A DNA stretch of 64,000 nt, taken from Candidatus Melainabacteria bacterium 17Bon1m (GTDB lineage Bacteria; Cyanobacteriota; Vampirovibrionia; Obscuribacterales; Obscuribacteraceae). Made by a program: the position numbers and the translations under genes. Of this stretch, positions 30,701 to 37,880 are shown piece after piece. Numbering within the stretch: position 1 is the stretch's first letter; the number at the start of each line of letters is the position of its first letter. Under the pieces are notes generated by a model that saw nothing but the letters and a program-made list of their open reading frames with translations, was not told where the DNA came from and did no database searches. Location of the stretch: the NCBI GenBank assembly GCA_032128875.1, contig JAVLKG010000009.1:64001-128000 (forward strand), given 5' to 3'.

Positions 30701-31307
30701 GACCGATGCCGCCCTGCACCCAGACCGGCAACTCCGTAACTCTTCTGATTTCCTGAAGCAGAATGTAGGCTGTCGTCTCGGAGGTTACGCCTCCCGATTC
30801 GCTGCCTTTTGCAATCAGCCCGTCAACCGGCAGCTCTTTGACTGCGAGTGTTTCTCTCAGGCTGGTTACTTCGACAAGAACTGTGGCGCCCAATGACTTT
30901 GCGTTGCCGACTGCTTGTGAGAGCGTTTCAAAAGACGTGGTCACGTCCGAGCTGATGATGACCAGCGGACGAGCATTGCTGCTGTTGGTTGCGTTGAGCG
31001 CAGCAGACGAGAGAATGCTCAGGGCTTCGTCGCTCTGTCTGGCACTGTATTTGATACCATAGCGCCCGCCCGGCTTGCGGGAGAGTTTTACAACGGCTGT
31101 CGAGACGGCTTGAGAAACTGCCGAATCGGAAAGCTCATGCAATTCGAGGTTGAGCAAACCGGCTTCGCCGGCCAGCTTGGCGGCAAATGCCACGCCATAA
31201 TGCGGTGAGGTCGGCGCCGAGCCAGCCTCTTCGGGTCTGCCGACAATTGCGTCTGTATCGCCGGGGAATGAAACCGCGGTGAGAGCAATGATTCCAAAAC
31301 TCGCCAT
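21753..31307 (-). CDS. PUFA-synthase-like iterative type I PKS subunit A: tandem FabK/nitronate-monooxygenase-type enoyl reductase domains-KS-AT-ACP-KR-DH
   Basis: ER-like GSESGGV and EGRECGGH; KS DAACASS, EAHGTGT and KTMIGHT; AT FPGQGSQ, GHSYG and AFHS; ACP LGIDSIKRVEI; KR TGGARGI, HGAG and GQSDY; DH LQDH....PVMP and DPILLD. ATG at 31307 with GAGG RBS is preferred over the TTG at 31424. Confidence 0.93.
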   Translation of the reverse strand: MASFGIIALTAVSFPGDTDAIVGRPEEAGSAPTSPHYGVAFAAKLAGEAGLLNLELHELSDSAVSQAVSTAVVKLSRKPGGRYGIKYSARQSDEALSILSSAALNATNSSNARPLVIISSDVTTSFETLSQAVGNAKSLGATVLVEVTSLRETLAVKELPVDGLIAKGSESGGVTSETTAYILLQEIRRVTELPVWVQGGIGLYSAAACYAAGASGVVLDSQLLLSRESALSTETKQRIATMDGTEISSMPAEGGKKIRFFARQGHPINDDHSTLTSLCDLSKYLPAPGQKRDENAAELKREDIILAVGQDITLAKGLAEKYVSTAGIIEAIKESAARLSALAAEQEAFKPNGGLAESHKTQYPIVQGAMTRVSDTAEFALKVAEGGGLPFLALALMRGDEAEVLVAKTKELLADKPWGVGVLGFVPQELRQEQFAVINRHKPPFALIAGGRPDQAKSLEDTGIATYLHVPSPILLSSFIEMGARRFIFEGRECGGHVGPRSSFVLWEQMVDILSNVQLPKAEIAKLHILMAGGIHDGLSAAMVAAMTAPLTERGMKVGVLIGTAYLFTKEAVESGAIVEKFQEAALACNETVLLETGPGHAIRCINSPYKRIFDDKRVELVLANKTKDEVREELELMNLGRLRIASKGVTRPSEKTVTRQLLLTEIQNESTAESGPKEVADSEEQNKEIASSKKLVEVSKDEQWQDGMYMIGQVASMHERVLSIEELHQSVSKGGLEILKQATVTADAESTQGFAAVSGSTEEKSVHVAVGENPRPRRDGWDNIAIVGMSCMFPKAKDLNEYWNNILNKVDAIEEVPIEQWDWRNYYDENPLARDRIVSKWGGFLQPITFDPTKYGIPPSSLNSIDPMQLMLLEITDRALEDAGYKNRAFGRKKTSVILANAGHGPVTALMSLRSMLGWKLAHLDEKAKNQIADILPEWTEDSFAGYLGNVAAGRVANRFDLGGVNFSIDAACASSLAALYTSVQELRSGTSDVVFLTAVDTHNQPGDFLSFSKTHAFSKQGRCRTFDANADGIVISEGVAMLVLKRLEDAERDGDRIYALIKGVGGSSDGRDLSLTAPRPEGQMLALNRAYEDAGVNPSTVGLVEAHGTGTVAGDRAEIEALKQVFERSGAEKRNCAVGSVKTMIGHTKAAAGLASMIKVAKALHHKVLPPTNGVTVPNPSCDFENSPFYINSEVRPWLHAPGTEQHQRRAGVSAFGFGGTNFHCVLEEYEPAVAIKEEPCKTEWPSELFTLSTAARMDMVKSVQQLLEQVKRAQADAASNTPGGFTRFAHKEFLKSQVKPSAKSAANTCRLTVVADGYNDLIEKLKRAQSDLLSPQKTEFKDPRGIFFKEKTEESPPGENSQSSNQSTKKIAFLFPGQGSQQINMLSDLSVAFPTVRKTFEQANEALQGVLPRSLKSYIFPPPAFTKEAEEKYQQELTDTRIAQPAVGAAGVAAFNLMSQLGIKADCAAGHSYGEYVALYAAGALNLKDLIRISELRGRLLTAKVENDGTMAAVTAERQEVEKLLGTMRGITLANINAPNQCVISGATDAVNDAVSQFKNQKIAARTIAVSQAFHSQYMEHAKQPLKEALQQIAFSAPKIPVYSNSDASTYTDSAEEFVNRLAEHIVKPVDFVSEIKRMHADGAYYFIEVGPGSVLTNLTSSILQDSPHLAVAIDRSGKNGITQLLNTLAQLWAHGVDFDARVLYEGRIEQLPALADQSTTGANGKPKLLYSIDSANITRYGVAPKPSTLAPSSAAPAPTASISAAGSINTAAQGGSAPALKPSQTAQTQSAGQPQARPAAQPPVSQPQTHTTSQSGQLNQTQAPNPFNGSGAKPVNPAAKESATRMTASTPPIPPTNQAPRAPQAPAAYNAPQGYPQPQAMPRPAANGNMDQVMVQFQQTMLEMTNSFLRTQQQVMSAYLATKAGVVPPQQFAQPQFQQPYAPQQYVQPQFGQPIAPPQYGQPQFAQQQFAQQPYTQAQYTEYVQPAVQAQYAQPEYTQGNGHVAPQILETAPLTIESNGNGNNGHYGHNGHNGHNGNNGHIAHNNSHSELPVAAVTADAVATAAPVNGSASPVEAAAPVETISNEKLVEELLEIVSQRTGYPPEMLDPELDLEADLGIDSIKRVEILNSFRKILPEAKQRELEGGLEQLAGTKTLKGIIDWINSEATGDTGTETSVPAAKSDANVNGAAIMAELAEVAGTNGSNGAHTAGLNGNGSNGSISSNGANGNGNGAGHNLDIIHATAGIIETGNGSNGHGNGNGNGHGAVEKAPVLVAAAATQTAQTAFSTRKESASGHNIQRATVEVSELAAAVLQPTKVPAGSIDLIIADEGDAWQEVGKSLTARGEKCVVIRHVANTKDGLKINNGACELDATSFDAVKSVLESVRKSHGKVARIINLQPLNKADVAITGSTPPAATMTLLNFAKAAYADLNDPAHKGIATITSASKLGGAFGSNSAGLNIETSTSPDRIWGAGISGFMKCLAKEWPIVRAKAIDFEESMTGSQIASIVIREMDAQEEFEANDGGDSNTAVAANKRVEIGYVNNGTTRIGLDVKITNIDSDSDTEHRQQQITIDSSTVIVITGGARGITAEIALDLAEKFQPQLVLLGRTPEPEAEPDYTAGLTSMRDIKAAIMSHLKDKGEQVSIAIVEQQYQKLIRDREIRDNLQAMRAAGSKVEYLPVDVRNESALEEAIDLINAEFGKIDGIIHGAGVIEDAFVKEKQQASFERVFTTKINSAKTLSKLAAQPDLKFFFLFSSVVGRTGNAGQSDYVSANETLNKLAVWLNKKSNARVASLMWGPWNAGMAQPELESLFAKYGWAMIAPAAGRKAFVDDLLYGRKDEAELVIVAQLPVSKGIPTDKMVRLSDAFTRQIDDASYEFESVLSPDVDLYLQDHTFDSVPVMPMAMALEMMAEAAQSVCPDAKMTGVNRLEIPAGIVFDSASKTLTVSARKVETVGQTTTVETTVITGNKRQHFKTSFELSSLPANGNGVAHRLSGLINIPAFVPSTATLAGIGQDIKSISPLPTRQIVYKDFMFHGPRFQGITSITALGEEGIVGELKASRPQECLSRSTGSNEWTIDPILLDSAMQLAGVWARQFLDITVLPTGFKKLHIGDRDLLLQDSYFARVFITPGTTARELTCDVAVYTKSGVLAFVIEGLGGIGSKSLNRLANQSASAAIPK

Positions 31308-31434
31308 GTACGAAGTGCCTCGGCAGAAGTTGGACGGATGGGTGCAATCTCGTCCCTTAGAAACACGCGCCACTGGAGAAGACGTTTCTCTTTCGGGCGG
31401 GGGTTGACCCTCAAAAACCTGCAAAAGCCAATCA

Positions 31435-31468
31435 CAGACTAGGCCAGACTAGGTTATAGAGAAGTATA
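31435..31468 (-). promoter_or_regulatory. Candidate PKS promoter with direct-repeat operator
   Basis: Perfect 9-bp direct repeat CAGACTAGG (31435-31443, 31445-31453) next to minus-strand TATAAC and TATACT hexamers. Confidence 0.35.
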
Positions 31469-31557
31469 TAAGGGCGGGAAAGGTTCGCCATTGGACAGGT
31501 TTTAACAACTCTCTTGTTACGAACTTATTGCATATGCAATAAGCAGCAAGAATGCCG

Positions 31558-32799
31558 CTAAACGACTACTGTTTCGGTCGGACTCTTGAGCTCGTACCTC
31601 ACACCGCGCCATTTGATACGGTTTGTAAGGACTGAGTAAAGAGTGACAAAGGGCAAAACCAGGTGGGCCAGTGGTATGGCCATGACGCTGCGCAGGAGCG
31701 TTTTGTCGAATGCCGCCTGCAGCTCCTTTTCGTCGTCCGTTGCCGGGGTCGGCAGGTTGGCCAGAAGGACGCGTTTCCAAAGCCCCTGGGCTTTTACGAG
31801 GAAAAACAATTCGACTGGTATGAGTGAAAGCCCCGCCATAAGCGACAGAAGCCATTCATTGTTGCCTGAGGCGATATATGCGAAAAGCGAGAAGAGCACG
31901 GCTCCGAGCCAGAAGGAAAGCAAAATTGCGCGATAGATTGCTCTCAGCCAGAGTTCGCGGTAGTAAACCTTAGTTAATATGAGCTGTCGATTAGTCCACT
32001 CGACAATCTCTTCTAAAGAGCCGTCGCCGTGGCTGGCAACGAGGCATTGCGGGACGAAGCGCACTTGCAGCCCCAGCGCTTTGACACTGGTCGTTAAGGA
32101 GAGATCATCATCGGCTGCGCGGTCCCAGCTTTCGGCGACTCGCGCCTGCTTGAAAGTGTCACGTTTGATAGCCATCGCCCCGCCCCAGGCAAAGGCATAT
32201 TTCTCGCTGCCCATCTCCCAGGCCGTGACGCGGTTCCACATGGAGCGCAGCACGGAGGGCAAATCGCCTTTGAATGGTATGTAAAAACGATATCCAGTTG
32301 TTGCACCCACACCGGGTTGCGACAGGGGGGCGACCAGATAGCGCAGCATATTGTTGCGGGCAATAACGTCCGAATCCACGAATACGATTGCTTCTGTGCG
32401 ATCGCTGATGACCTGAAGTGCTGCCAGCTGGTTATTGATTTTCTGTCCGCGTTGGCTATTGACGCCGGCTACGACGATTTTTGTCTCGACTAAGTCGATG
32501 GTCTTACGTATCTCTTCTATCGCCCCGTAAGCCGGGTCGTCAGCCGAAGCGACCGTGAAGATCACTTCAAACTGCGCCTTTCCATCTTTCACATAGTCCT
32601 GGTCGAGCAGTTTGCGCAGGTTGTCTTTGAAGCCCGGATCAAGTCCTTTGCACGGCAGAATCACCGATATAGGCGGCAGGTAGTCGGCCGGCGGCTTGTC
32701 GATTTCTTTCAGGACATAGCTGAAAAGCTGATTGAAAGCCTTTGTCTGGACAACGAGCGCGACAACGGTGATAAGGCAAAGGATGACGACTAAGATCAT
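31558..32799 (-). CDS. GT2 glycosyltransferase, ceramide glucosyltransferase/HpnI-like (GT21-type)
   Basis: N-terminal TM, SVILPCKGLD, KINN, FVDSD, WGGAMA, ADDDLSL, WTNRQ and C-terminal TMs ending I.WRG..Y. Confidence 0.88.
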   Translation of the reverse strand: MILVVILCLITVVALVVQTKAFNQLFSYVLKEIDKPPADYLPPISVILPCKGLDPGFKDNLRKLLDQDYVKDGKAQFEVIFTVASADDPAYGAIEEIRKTIDLVETKIVVAGVNSQRGQKINNQLAALQVISDRTEAIVFVDSDVIARNNMLRYLVAPLSQPGVGATTGYRFYIPFKGDLPSVLRSMWNRVTAWEMGSEKYAFAWGGAMAIKRDTFKQARVAESWDRAADDDLSLTTSVKALGLQVRFVPQCLVASHGDGSLEEIVEWTNRQLILTKVYYRELWLRAIYRAILLSFWLGAVLFSLFAYIASGNNEWLLSLMAGLSLIPVELFFLVKAQGLWKRVLLANLPTPATDDEKELQAAFDKTLLRSVMAIPLAHLVLPFVTLYSVLTNRIKWRGVRYELKSPTETVVV

Positions 32800-32822
32800 G
32801 ATGCTGGACTAGACCGGTCTTT

Positions 32823-32847
32823 GTGGGGACGACGCAAGGCGTCGCCC
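32823..32847. repeat. REP-like palindrome
   Basis: GTGGGGACGACGCAAGGCGTCGCCC in the divergent GT/GH3 gap. Confidence 0.65.
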
Positions 32848-32933
32848 GATTTGATCATCCAGGTAATGCGGCCCATCACCTGTTTTAAATAACCGAGCAA
32901 GTATAGTGCTAGACTTGCCCTGCTTTCCAGCCG

Positions 32934-34625
32934 GTGGCAGTCATGTTTCGTCCACTTTTGTATAAAACGTTCTACACGCTCGGCAAGCGGGAAGTCGCAA
33001 GATTTGACCGCGACTCTCAAGCTGTCGATGCAACCCAAAGCCGCCACCTGCTTGATATTATCCAGCGCAATGCGGCAAGCGCTTTCGGCAAGAAGCACGG
33101 TTTCAGCAGCATTCAGTCGGTCAGTGACTTTCAAAATGCAGTGGCAATTAATGATTATGATTCGCTAAGCGAATACGTCAATCGCGCCGCAGCAGGAGAG
33201 AAGAGTCAGCTCACAGTCGAAGATCCTTTCATGTTTGCGACGACCAGCGGTACCGCAGGCGAGCGCAAAATGATTCCCGTCACGAGATCCTACATAAAGG
33301 AATTTCGCCGTGCGTCTGTGGTTTCGGGTTTCAATCTACTAAAGAGCCATCCGAATCTTACTAAGGGAATTGCTCTGTCGGTTTTTTCCCCGGCAGAAGA
33401 AGGACGTACCGAGGGAGGCATTCCTTACGGCGCCATTTCCGGCCGCCTATATATGGAAGAGCCAAAACTAATCAAACGATTCATTTCGCCGATCCCCTAC
33501 GAAGTGTTTATCATCAAACATTATGAAAGCCGCTACTACGCGCTTTTGCGTCTGGCTTTGGCCTTGCCGGTGACGGTTATATATACACTCAATCCCAGTA
33601 CGATAGTCATGCTGGGCAAGCGATTGAAAATCTATGGCGAGCAACTTGTGCGTGATATCGCAGATGGTGCTATCAATCCGCCGCAGGCATTGCCGCATCA
33701 AGTTATGGAAGCCATCAAACCGTTTCTCAAGCCTAATCCCAAGCGTGCGGCCGAACTGGCAAAACTCCTGGAGCAAGACAAGTTTGACGCACAGAGTATT
33801 TGGCCAGATCTGTCATTGATATCGTGCTGGACCAAGGCCGCGGCATCGTTTTACCTACAGGACCTGCCGGCATACTTTGGTTCGACTCCCGTAGCTGACA
33901 TTACATATGGTGCCAGCGAAGGAAGAGGAACCGTCAATCTGGGCGAGGGGCGGCAGGCGCTTTCCATTCGTTCTCACTTTTTCGAATTCGTCGCAGTCGA
34001 CGATTGGGAAGCCGGCAATAAGAAAGCTCTGCTGTGCCACGAGCTGGAAGTCGGGCGCGAGTACTACATTCTCTTCACCACGTCGGGTGGACTCTATCGC
34101 TATCACATCAACGACATCGTCAAAGTGGTCGGCTGGTACAACCGCACCCCATTAATCGAGTTTCTCCATAAAGGCGGCAATATTTCTTCGTTTACCGGGG
34201 AGAAGCTTACCGAATCGCAAGTGACCGAAGCTATGCTCGCGGCTCAAAAGGAGCTGAGCTTCAGGGCGCGTTTCTTCACTCTCATCCCTGTTTTTCGTCC
34301 AGAGCCTCATTACGAGCTTTATTTGGAGTTCGATGGTCCGGCCGTATCTGACGAAACGGCACTGGCGAAGGCTTTTGACCGCCATTTGAGTCGCCTCAAT
34401 ATCGAATACGAGGCGAAAAGAGAATCCCATCGACTGACTGACATTAAGGTAGTCAGGCTTCCGGCCGAATCATATGAGCGCCTGCGCAAAGAACTGGTCG
34501 GTCAAGGAGTGCCCGATGCCCAGATCAAAGTTAGCCACTTGAACCCGAAGGACCAGATCCGGCAAATGATTCAGGGGTTTGAAGAACTCGGCTCAACGGC
34601 TGTAAGCCCCATGGGCTCACATTAA
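32934..34625 (+). CDS. GH3 family acyl-acid amido synthetase (ANL adenylating superfamily)
   Basis: TTSGTAG..K.IP, YGASEG, TTSGGLYRY.INDIV and GEKLTE motifs. Start is GTG at 32934 or ATG at 32943. Confidence 0.92.
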   Translation: MAVMFRPLLYKTFYTLGKREVARFDRDSQAVDATQSRHLLDIIQRNAASAFGKKHGFSSIQSVSDFQNAVAINDYDSLSEYVNRAAAGEKSQLTVEDPFMFATTSGTAGERKMIPVTRSYIKEFRRASVVSGFNLLKSHPNLTKGIALSVFSPAEEGRTEGGIPYGAISGRLYMEEPKLIKRFISPIPYEVFIIKHYESRYYALLRLALALPVTVIYTLNPSTIVMLGKRLKIYGEQLVRDIADGAINPPQALPHQVMEAIKPFLKPNPKRAAELAKLLEQDKFDAQSIWPDLSLISCWTKAAASFYLQDLPAYFGSTPVADITYGASEGRGTVNLGEGRQALSIRSHFFEFVAVDDWEAGNKKALLCHELEVGREYYILFTTSGGLYRYHINDIVKVVGWYNRTPLIEFLHKGGNISSFTGEKLTESQVTEAMLAAQKELSFRARFFTLIPVFRPEPHYELYLEFDGPAVSDETALAKAFDRHLSRLNIEYEAKRESHRLTDIKVVRLPAESYERLRKELVGQGVPDAQIKVSHLNPKDQIRQMIQGFEELGSTAVSPMGSH

Positions 34626-34730
34626 TCGCACTTAAGTATCCAACCTCCTAAGTAGTTTTCCCAGTGACTTGTCAGGTGGAGTACTTAATAATGATCATGC
34701 TTGGGCTTCCGTATAAGAAATTGAATACCT

Positions 34731-36638
34731 ATGAAACGAGTATCCGACTTGGAATCAAAGGAAACTCTCGGGGATACAGATATTGCATCCTCGGAAACAA
34801 AGGTTGTGGGCCTTTTTAAATCGCGTTCGACTCAAGAGCCGATCACAGAATGCTCTCCGCCGCCACTCTTCTCTTCACCGCCTCCTGGTAGTGAGCCTGA
34901 AGTTCAGTCAGGTTCGCCCCCCGGCAAGGCCGTGGGAAATTTCCTGCTGTGGCGAGCGAAGGGACTGCCCCCACTGACCACGGGCGACGAATTGCCGGAC
35001 GACACGGTCTATGTCGGTCCGCTCAATAAATTGCCGAGTCGCTCGGATTCGTCCGATTCGATTCGCGAAATCGACCCTGATTTTCTTGCTGCCGAAATCA
35101 AGGCGAAGCGCAAAGAGAAAGCTAAAGAAAGAATTGCCGGCTTGTCGTCGAATTTGACGCCTGCCACCACAGATAGTGACCAACCCGAAGACCAAAAGAG
35201 TTGGCGTCAAGCCCTTGCTGGGGGTGTTTCCTCACGCAGAGCGGCGGCGCGCTGGTGGACATTGTCGGAGGAAAACGCTCGCTATCTTTCGAGCGACCCG
35301 GAAGTCTCGGTCCGTGAAGCTGTTGCCGGCAACCCGAGTTGCCCTCCAGAAGCTCTAGGGCGACTTGCGCAGGATCGCGTGGTCAATATTCGCAGGATGG
35401 TTGCTTCGAATCTGAGTACGACACCTGAGCTATTGGTTCTCCTCGCCTATGACGTGGAATCAGCGGTTCGATTGGAAGTGGCGAAACATCCACTCTCGCC
35501 GCCGCCTGCTTTGCATACGCTGGCAGCAGATTCAGATGCGTCAATTCGAGAAGCTATAGCCATGCATCCGATGGCCGATGTGCATTTGTTGAATGCTCTG
35601 GCATCCGATGACAGTTTGCGCGTCAGGCGCGCTGTGGCGATGAACGCTTCTTTGCCGAAGAACGCAGCCGAAAAGCTTTCTCAAGACAATGAAGTGAGCG
35701 TCAAACAACTTTTGTCGTCTAATGCAACGGTCGATCAGGACACTCTGTATCGTTTGACCTTTGAAAAGGATCTATACGTCCGGCGCAACCTGGCTGACAA
35801 TCCGGGTTTGGCACCTGAGGCTTTGAACAGGCTGAGCGATGATGCCGATCGTTTGATCAAAATTATGCTCATTCTCAATCCTTCTCGAACGCCGCATATA
35901 GTCGACAAATTGTCGAGAGATAGCGACCAAGACATTCGCATATTGTGCGCTCGCTGCGAAGATGCATCTGCTGAAGTGCTCGAGGCGCTAAGCTCGGATA
36001 CGAGCATGGAAGTGCGATTGTGGGTGGCGCGAAATTTTTCGACGCCGCTAAAGACTCTGGAAAAACTCGCTAAAGATCCGCATGTGGAAGTTCGTCAGGC
36101 AGTCGCGGACAATCGCGCAGTCTGGGAATCCGCCGCAACGCGCAGTGCGGTGCTCGGGTACTTAAGCGGAGACAAGTCGGTGTTTGTGCGTCGCGTGAAG
36201 CGAAGCCGCTCACCGCTGGCTGAGGAGATGCTCAATAATCTTTGCGATGACAGCAATAAATTTGTGCGCATGGTTGTAGCGCAAGACACAAATGCATCCG
36301 ATGATGCGCTGACAAAGCTTGCATCTGACGAGCTTGTCGATGTCAGAATGCGGGTCGCTGCCAATCACGGCGCGTCACCGAAAACGCTGGCTCGACTGGC
36401 GCAGGATAAGGAGTTTCGCGTGAGAGTGCAAGTTGCTGCAAACAATTATGCACCGATGGTGGCACTGCGAATTCTAGCGAAAGACGCTGATCCGTATATT
36501 CGACTTGTGGCGGCAGACAATCGCTGCATTCCTGACGATTCGCTCGAAGCACTCTGCCTCGATTATGATCGCTGGGTGCGCAAAGCGGCGCGCGCCGAAT
36601 TCGATCGCCGCGTTCAGTTACGCAGTCAGATTATTTAG
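34731..36638 (+). CDS. Leucine-rich-repeat-variant / HEAT-like repeat protein
   Basis: Many ~24-aa repeats L..LA.D....VR..VA.N after a disordered N-terminus. Confidence 0.85.
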   Translation: MKRVSDLESKETLGDTDIASSETKVVGLFKSRSTQEPITECSPPPLFSSPPPGSEPEVQSGSPPGKAVGNFLLWRAKGLPPLTTGDELPDDTVYVGPLNKLPSRSDSSDSIREIDPDFLAAEIKAKRKEKAKERIAGLSSNLTPATTDSDQPEDQKSWRQALAGGVSSRRAAARWWTLSEENARYLSSDPEVSVREAVAGNPSCPPEALGRLAQDRVVNIRRMVASNLSTTPELLVLLAYDVESAVRLEVAKHPLSPPPALHTLAADSDASIREAIAMHPMADVHLLNALASDDSLRVRRAVAMNASLPKNAAEKLSQDNEVSVKQLLSSNATVDQDTLYRLTFEKDLYVRRNLADNPGLAPEALNRLSDDADRLIKIMLILNPSRTPHIVDKLSRDSDQDIRILCARCEDASAEVLEALSSDTSMEVRLWVARNFSTPLKTLEKLAKDPHVEVRQAVADNRAVWESAATRSAVLGYLSGDKSVFVRRVKRSRSPLAEEMLNNLCDDSNKFVRMVVAQDTNASDDALTKLASDELVDVRMRVAANHGASPKTLARLAQDKEFRVRVQVAANNYAPMVALRILAKDADPYIRLVAADNRCIPDDSLEALCLDYDRWVRKAARAEFDRRVQLRSQII

Positions 36639-36644
36639 CGCAGC

Positions 36645-36754
36645 GTGTGGTCGCATTGCATGCGACCAAAAGTATTCATCGGTCGACGCATGGCGTCGAG
36701 CCTACACTAAAAGCGCAGTTCCACCGAAAAGGGCGTGTGCAACACGCTCCCACG
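36645..36754. repeat. Cluster of three REP-like palindromes between convergent genes
   Basis: GTGTGGTCGCATTGCATGCGACC, GGTCGACGCATGGCGTCGAGCCTAC and GGGCGTGTGCAACACGCTCCCACG. Confidence 0.75.
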
Positions 36755-36761
36755 ATCTTTA

Positions 36762-37880
36762 TTAGCTTTGCAGACCCAGTACGTTCTTGATGCCGTACGC
36801 GATTATGTTCGGATTGTTCTTCAAGCGGCGGCGGCAGTATGGACCAGCCACTTTATCTTTGCCGTATGGCAAATACATGCGAACAATCGCGCCGGTTTGA
36901 GCAAGTTGTAATGCGTGCTTCTCGTCTTCGCCGGTAAGTCCGATCGACAGTTCGCTAAAGTAAGAACCGTTGACCAACGCATCTTGCAGCTTTGCCCGCG
37001 GGACGCCGAGCAAGAATTGAAACTCGAATTGAGATGACTTCAACTTGAGCGGCAACACCACTTTGTTGACAAAGTTGTCGACGCACTTAGTGTCGTGTGA
37101 GGCGAGTTCTAAATAGACGCCTTGATGCGCCAATTCGCGGCTGTAGCGCACTGCCAGTTCTTTCATGATTGGCTTTTCTGTGTGCGCAATTGCGGCCGGT
37201 TCTTGATAGATGCCTATGACCATGCGCACGCGCATGCCTTCTTCAAAGCGCGCGATATCCTTTTCCGTACGGAACATGCGCGATTGAATTACCGTGCCGA
37301 GGTTCTTATATCCGGCTTTATACAGAGCGAAGTAAGACTCGAGATGGAAATTAGTCCAACGATGATCTTCTGCTTCCAGCGTCATGTCGACGCCACGTTG
37401 GAATGCGTAGTCGACGATTTTGTTGATGCGATCGAACGCGGCTTCCAAAGCTTTTTCGCTTTCTTTGCCCGGCGCCGGTGGCATCGTGCTGAACATGGAT
37501 GGTTTGAATGAGATGGTCATGCGCTCGCGGCGGTTCGTCGCGTGCAGTTGGTTGGCGTTTACTTCGTCAACCAGGCTCATGTAGGTGGTGACGTAGCGCT
37601 CGCAGTCTTCGACTGTCGTGGCATCTTCACCAAGAATGTCGAGGGTGCCCGTGAATTTGCGGGACTTATAGATTTCGTGCGCTTTCTTGATAGCGTCTGC
37701 GGATGTTTGACCAGCCAGATATGGCTTTGCCAGGAACATAACCAGAGGCAATGGGATGGTGTCGAATAACGACTTCTTTTGATTAATGGCTGGGGTTACC
37801 GGTTGAGTAGTATGCAAGTTTAAGTGTAAGTCTGAGCCCGATACGAGTTTTTCTGGTCTTACAGGCAATTTTACTGTCAT
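36762..37880 (-). CDS. Proline dehydrogenase family protein (monofunctional)
   Basis: LDILGE, LEAED, GTVIQS, ASHD, FEFQFLLGV, RMYLPYG and Y..RRL motifs. ATG at 37880 is preferred as start. Confidence 0.85.
   Translation of the reverse strand: MTVKLPVRPEKLVSGSDLHLNLHTTQPVTPAINQKKSLFDTIPLPLVMFLAKPYLAGQTSADAIKKAHEIYKSRKFTGTLDILGEDATTVEDCERYVTTYMSLVDEVNANQLHATNRRERMTISFKPSMFSTMPPAPGKESEKALEAAFDRINKIVDYAFQRGVDMTLEAEDHRWTNFHLESYFALYKAGYKNLGTVIQSRMFRTEKDIARFEEGMRVRMVIGIYQEPAAIAHTEKPIMKELAVRYSRELAHQGVYLELASHDTKCVDNFVNKVVLPLKLKSSQFEFQFLLGVPRAKLQDALVNGSYFSELSIGLTGEDEKHALQLAQTGAIVRMYLPYGKDKVAGPYCRRRLKNNPNIIAYGIKNVLGLQS

Noticed and set aside
16420-31307. Calling the PKS a canonical EPA/DHA synthase, heterocyst glycolipid synthase or enediyne PKS
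   Set aside because: It has a single ACP, no chain-length factor or FabA-type DH pair, N-terminal fused ER domains and no enediyne cassette, so the product cannot be assigned.
31308-31424. N-terminal extension of PKS-A from TTG at 31424
   Set aside because: The ATG at 31307 has a GAGG RBS and begins the domain-like sequence; the extension is possible but unsupported.
36645-36754. Three spaced palindromes as a mini-CRISPR array
   Set aside because: The units differ in sequence and orientation, spacing is irregular, no cas genes are present, and they match the dispersed REP family.
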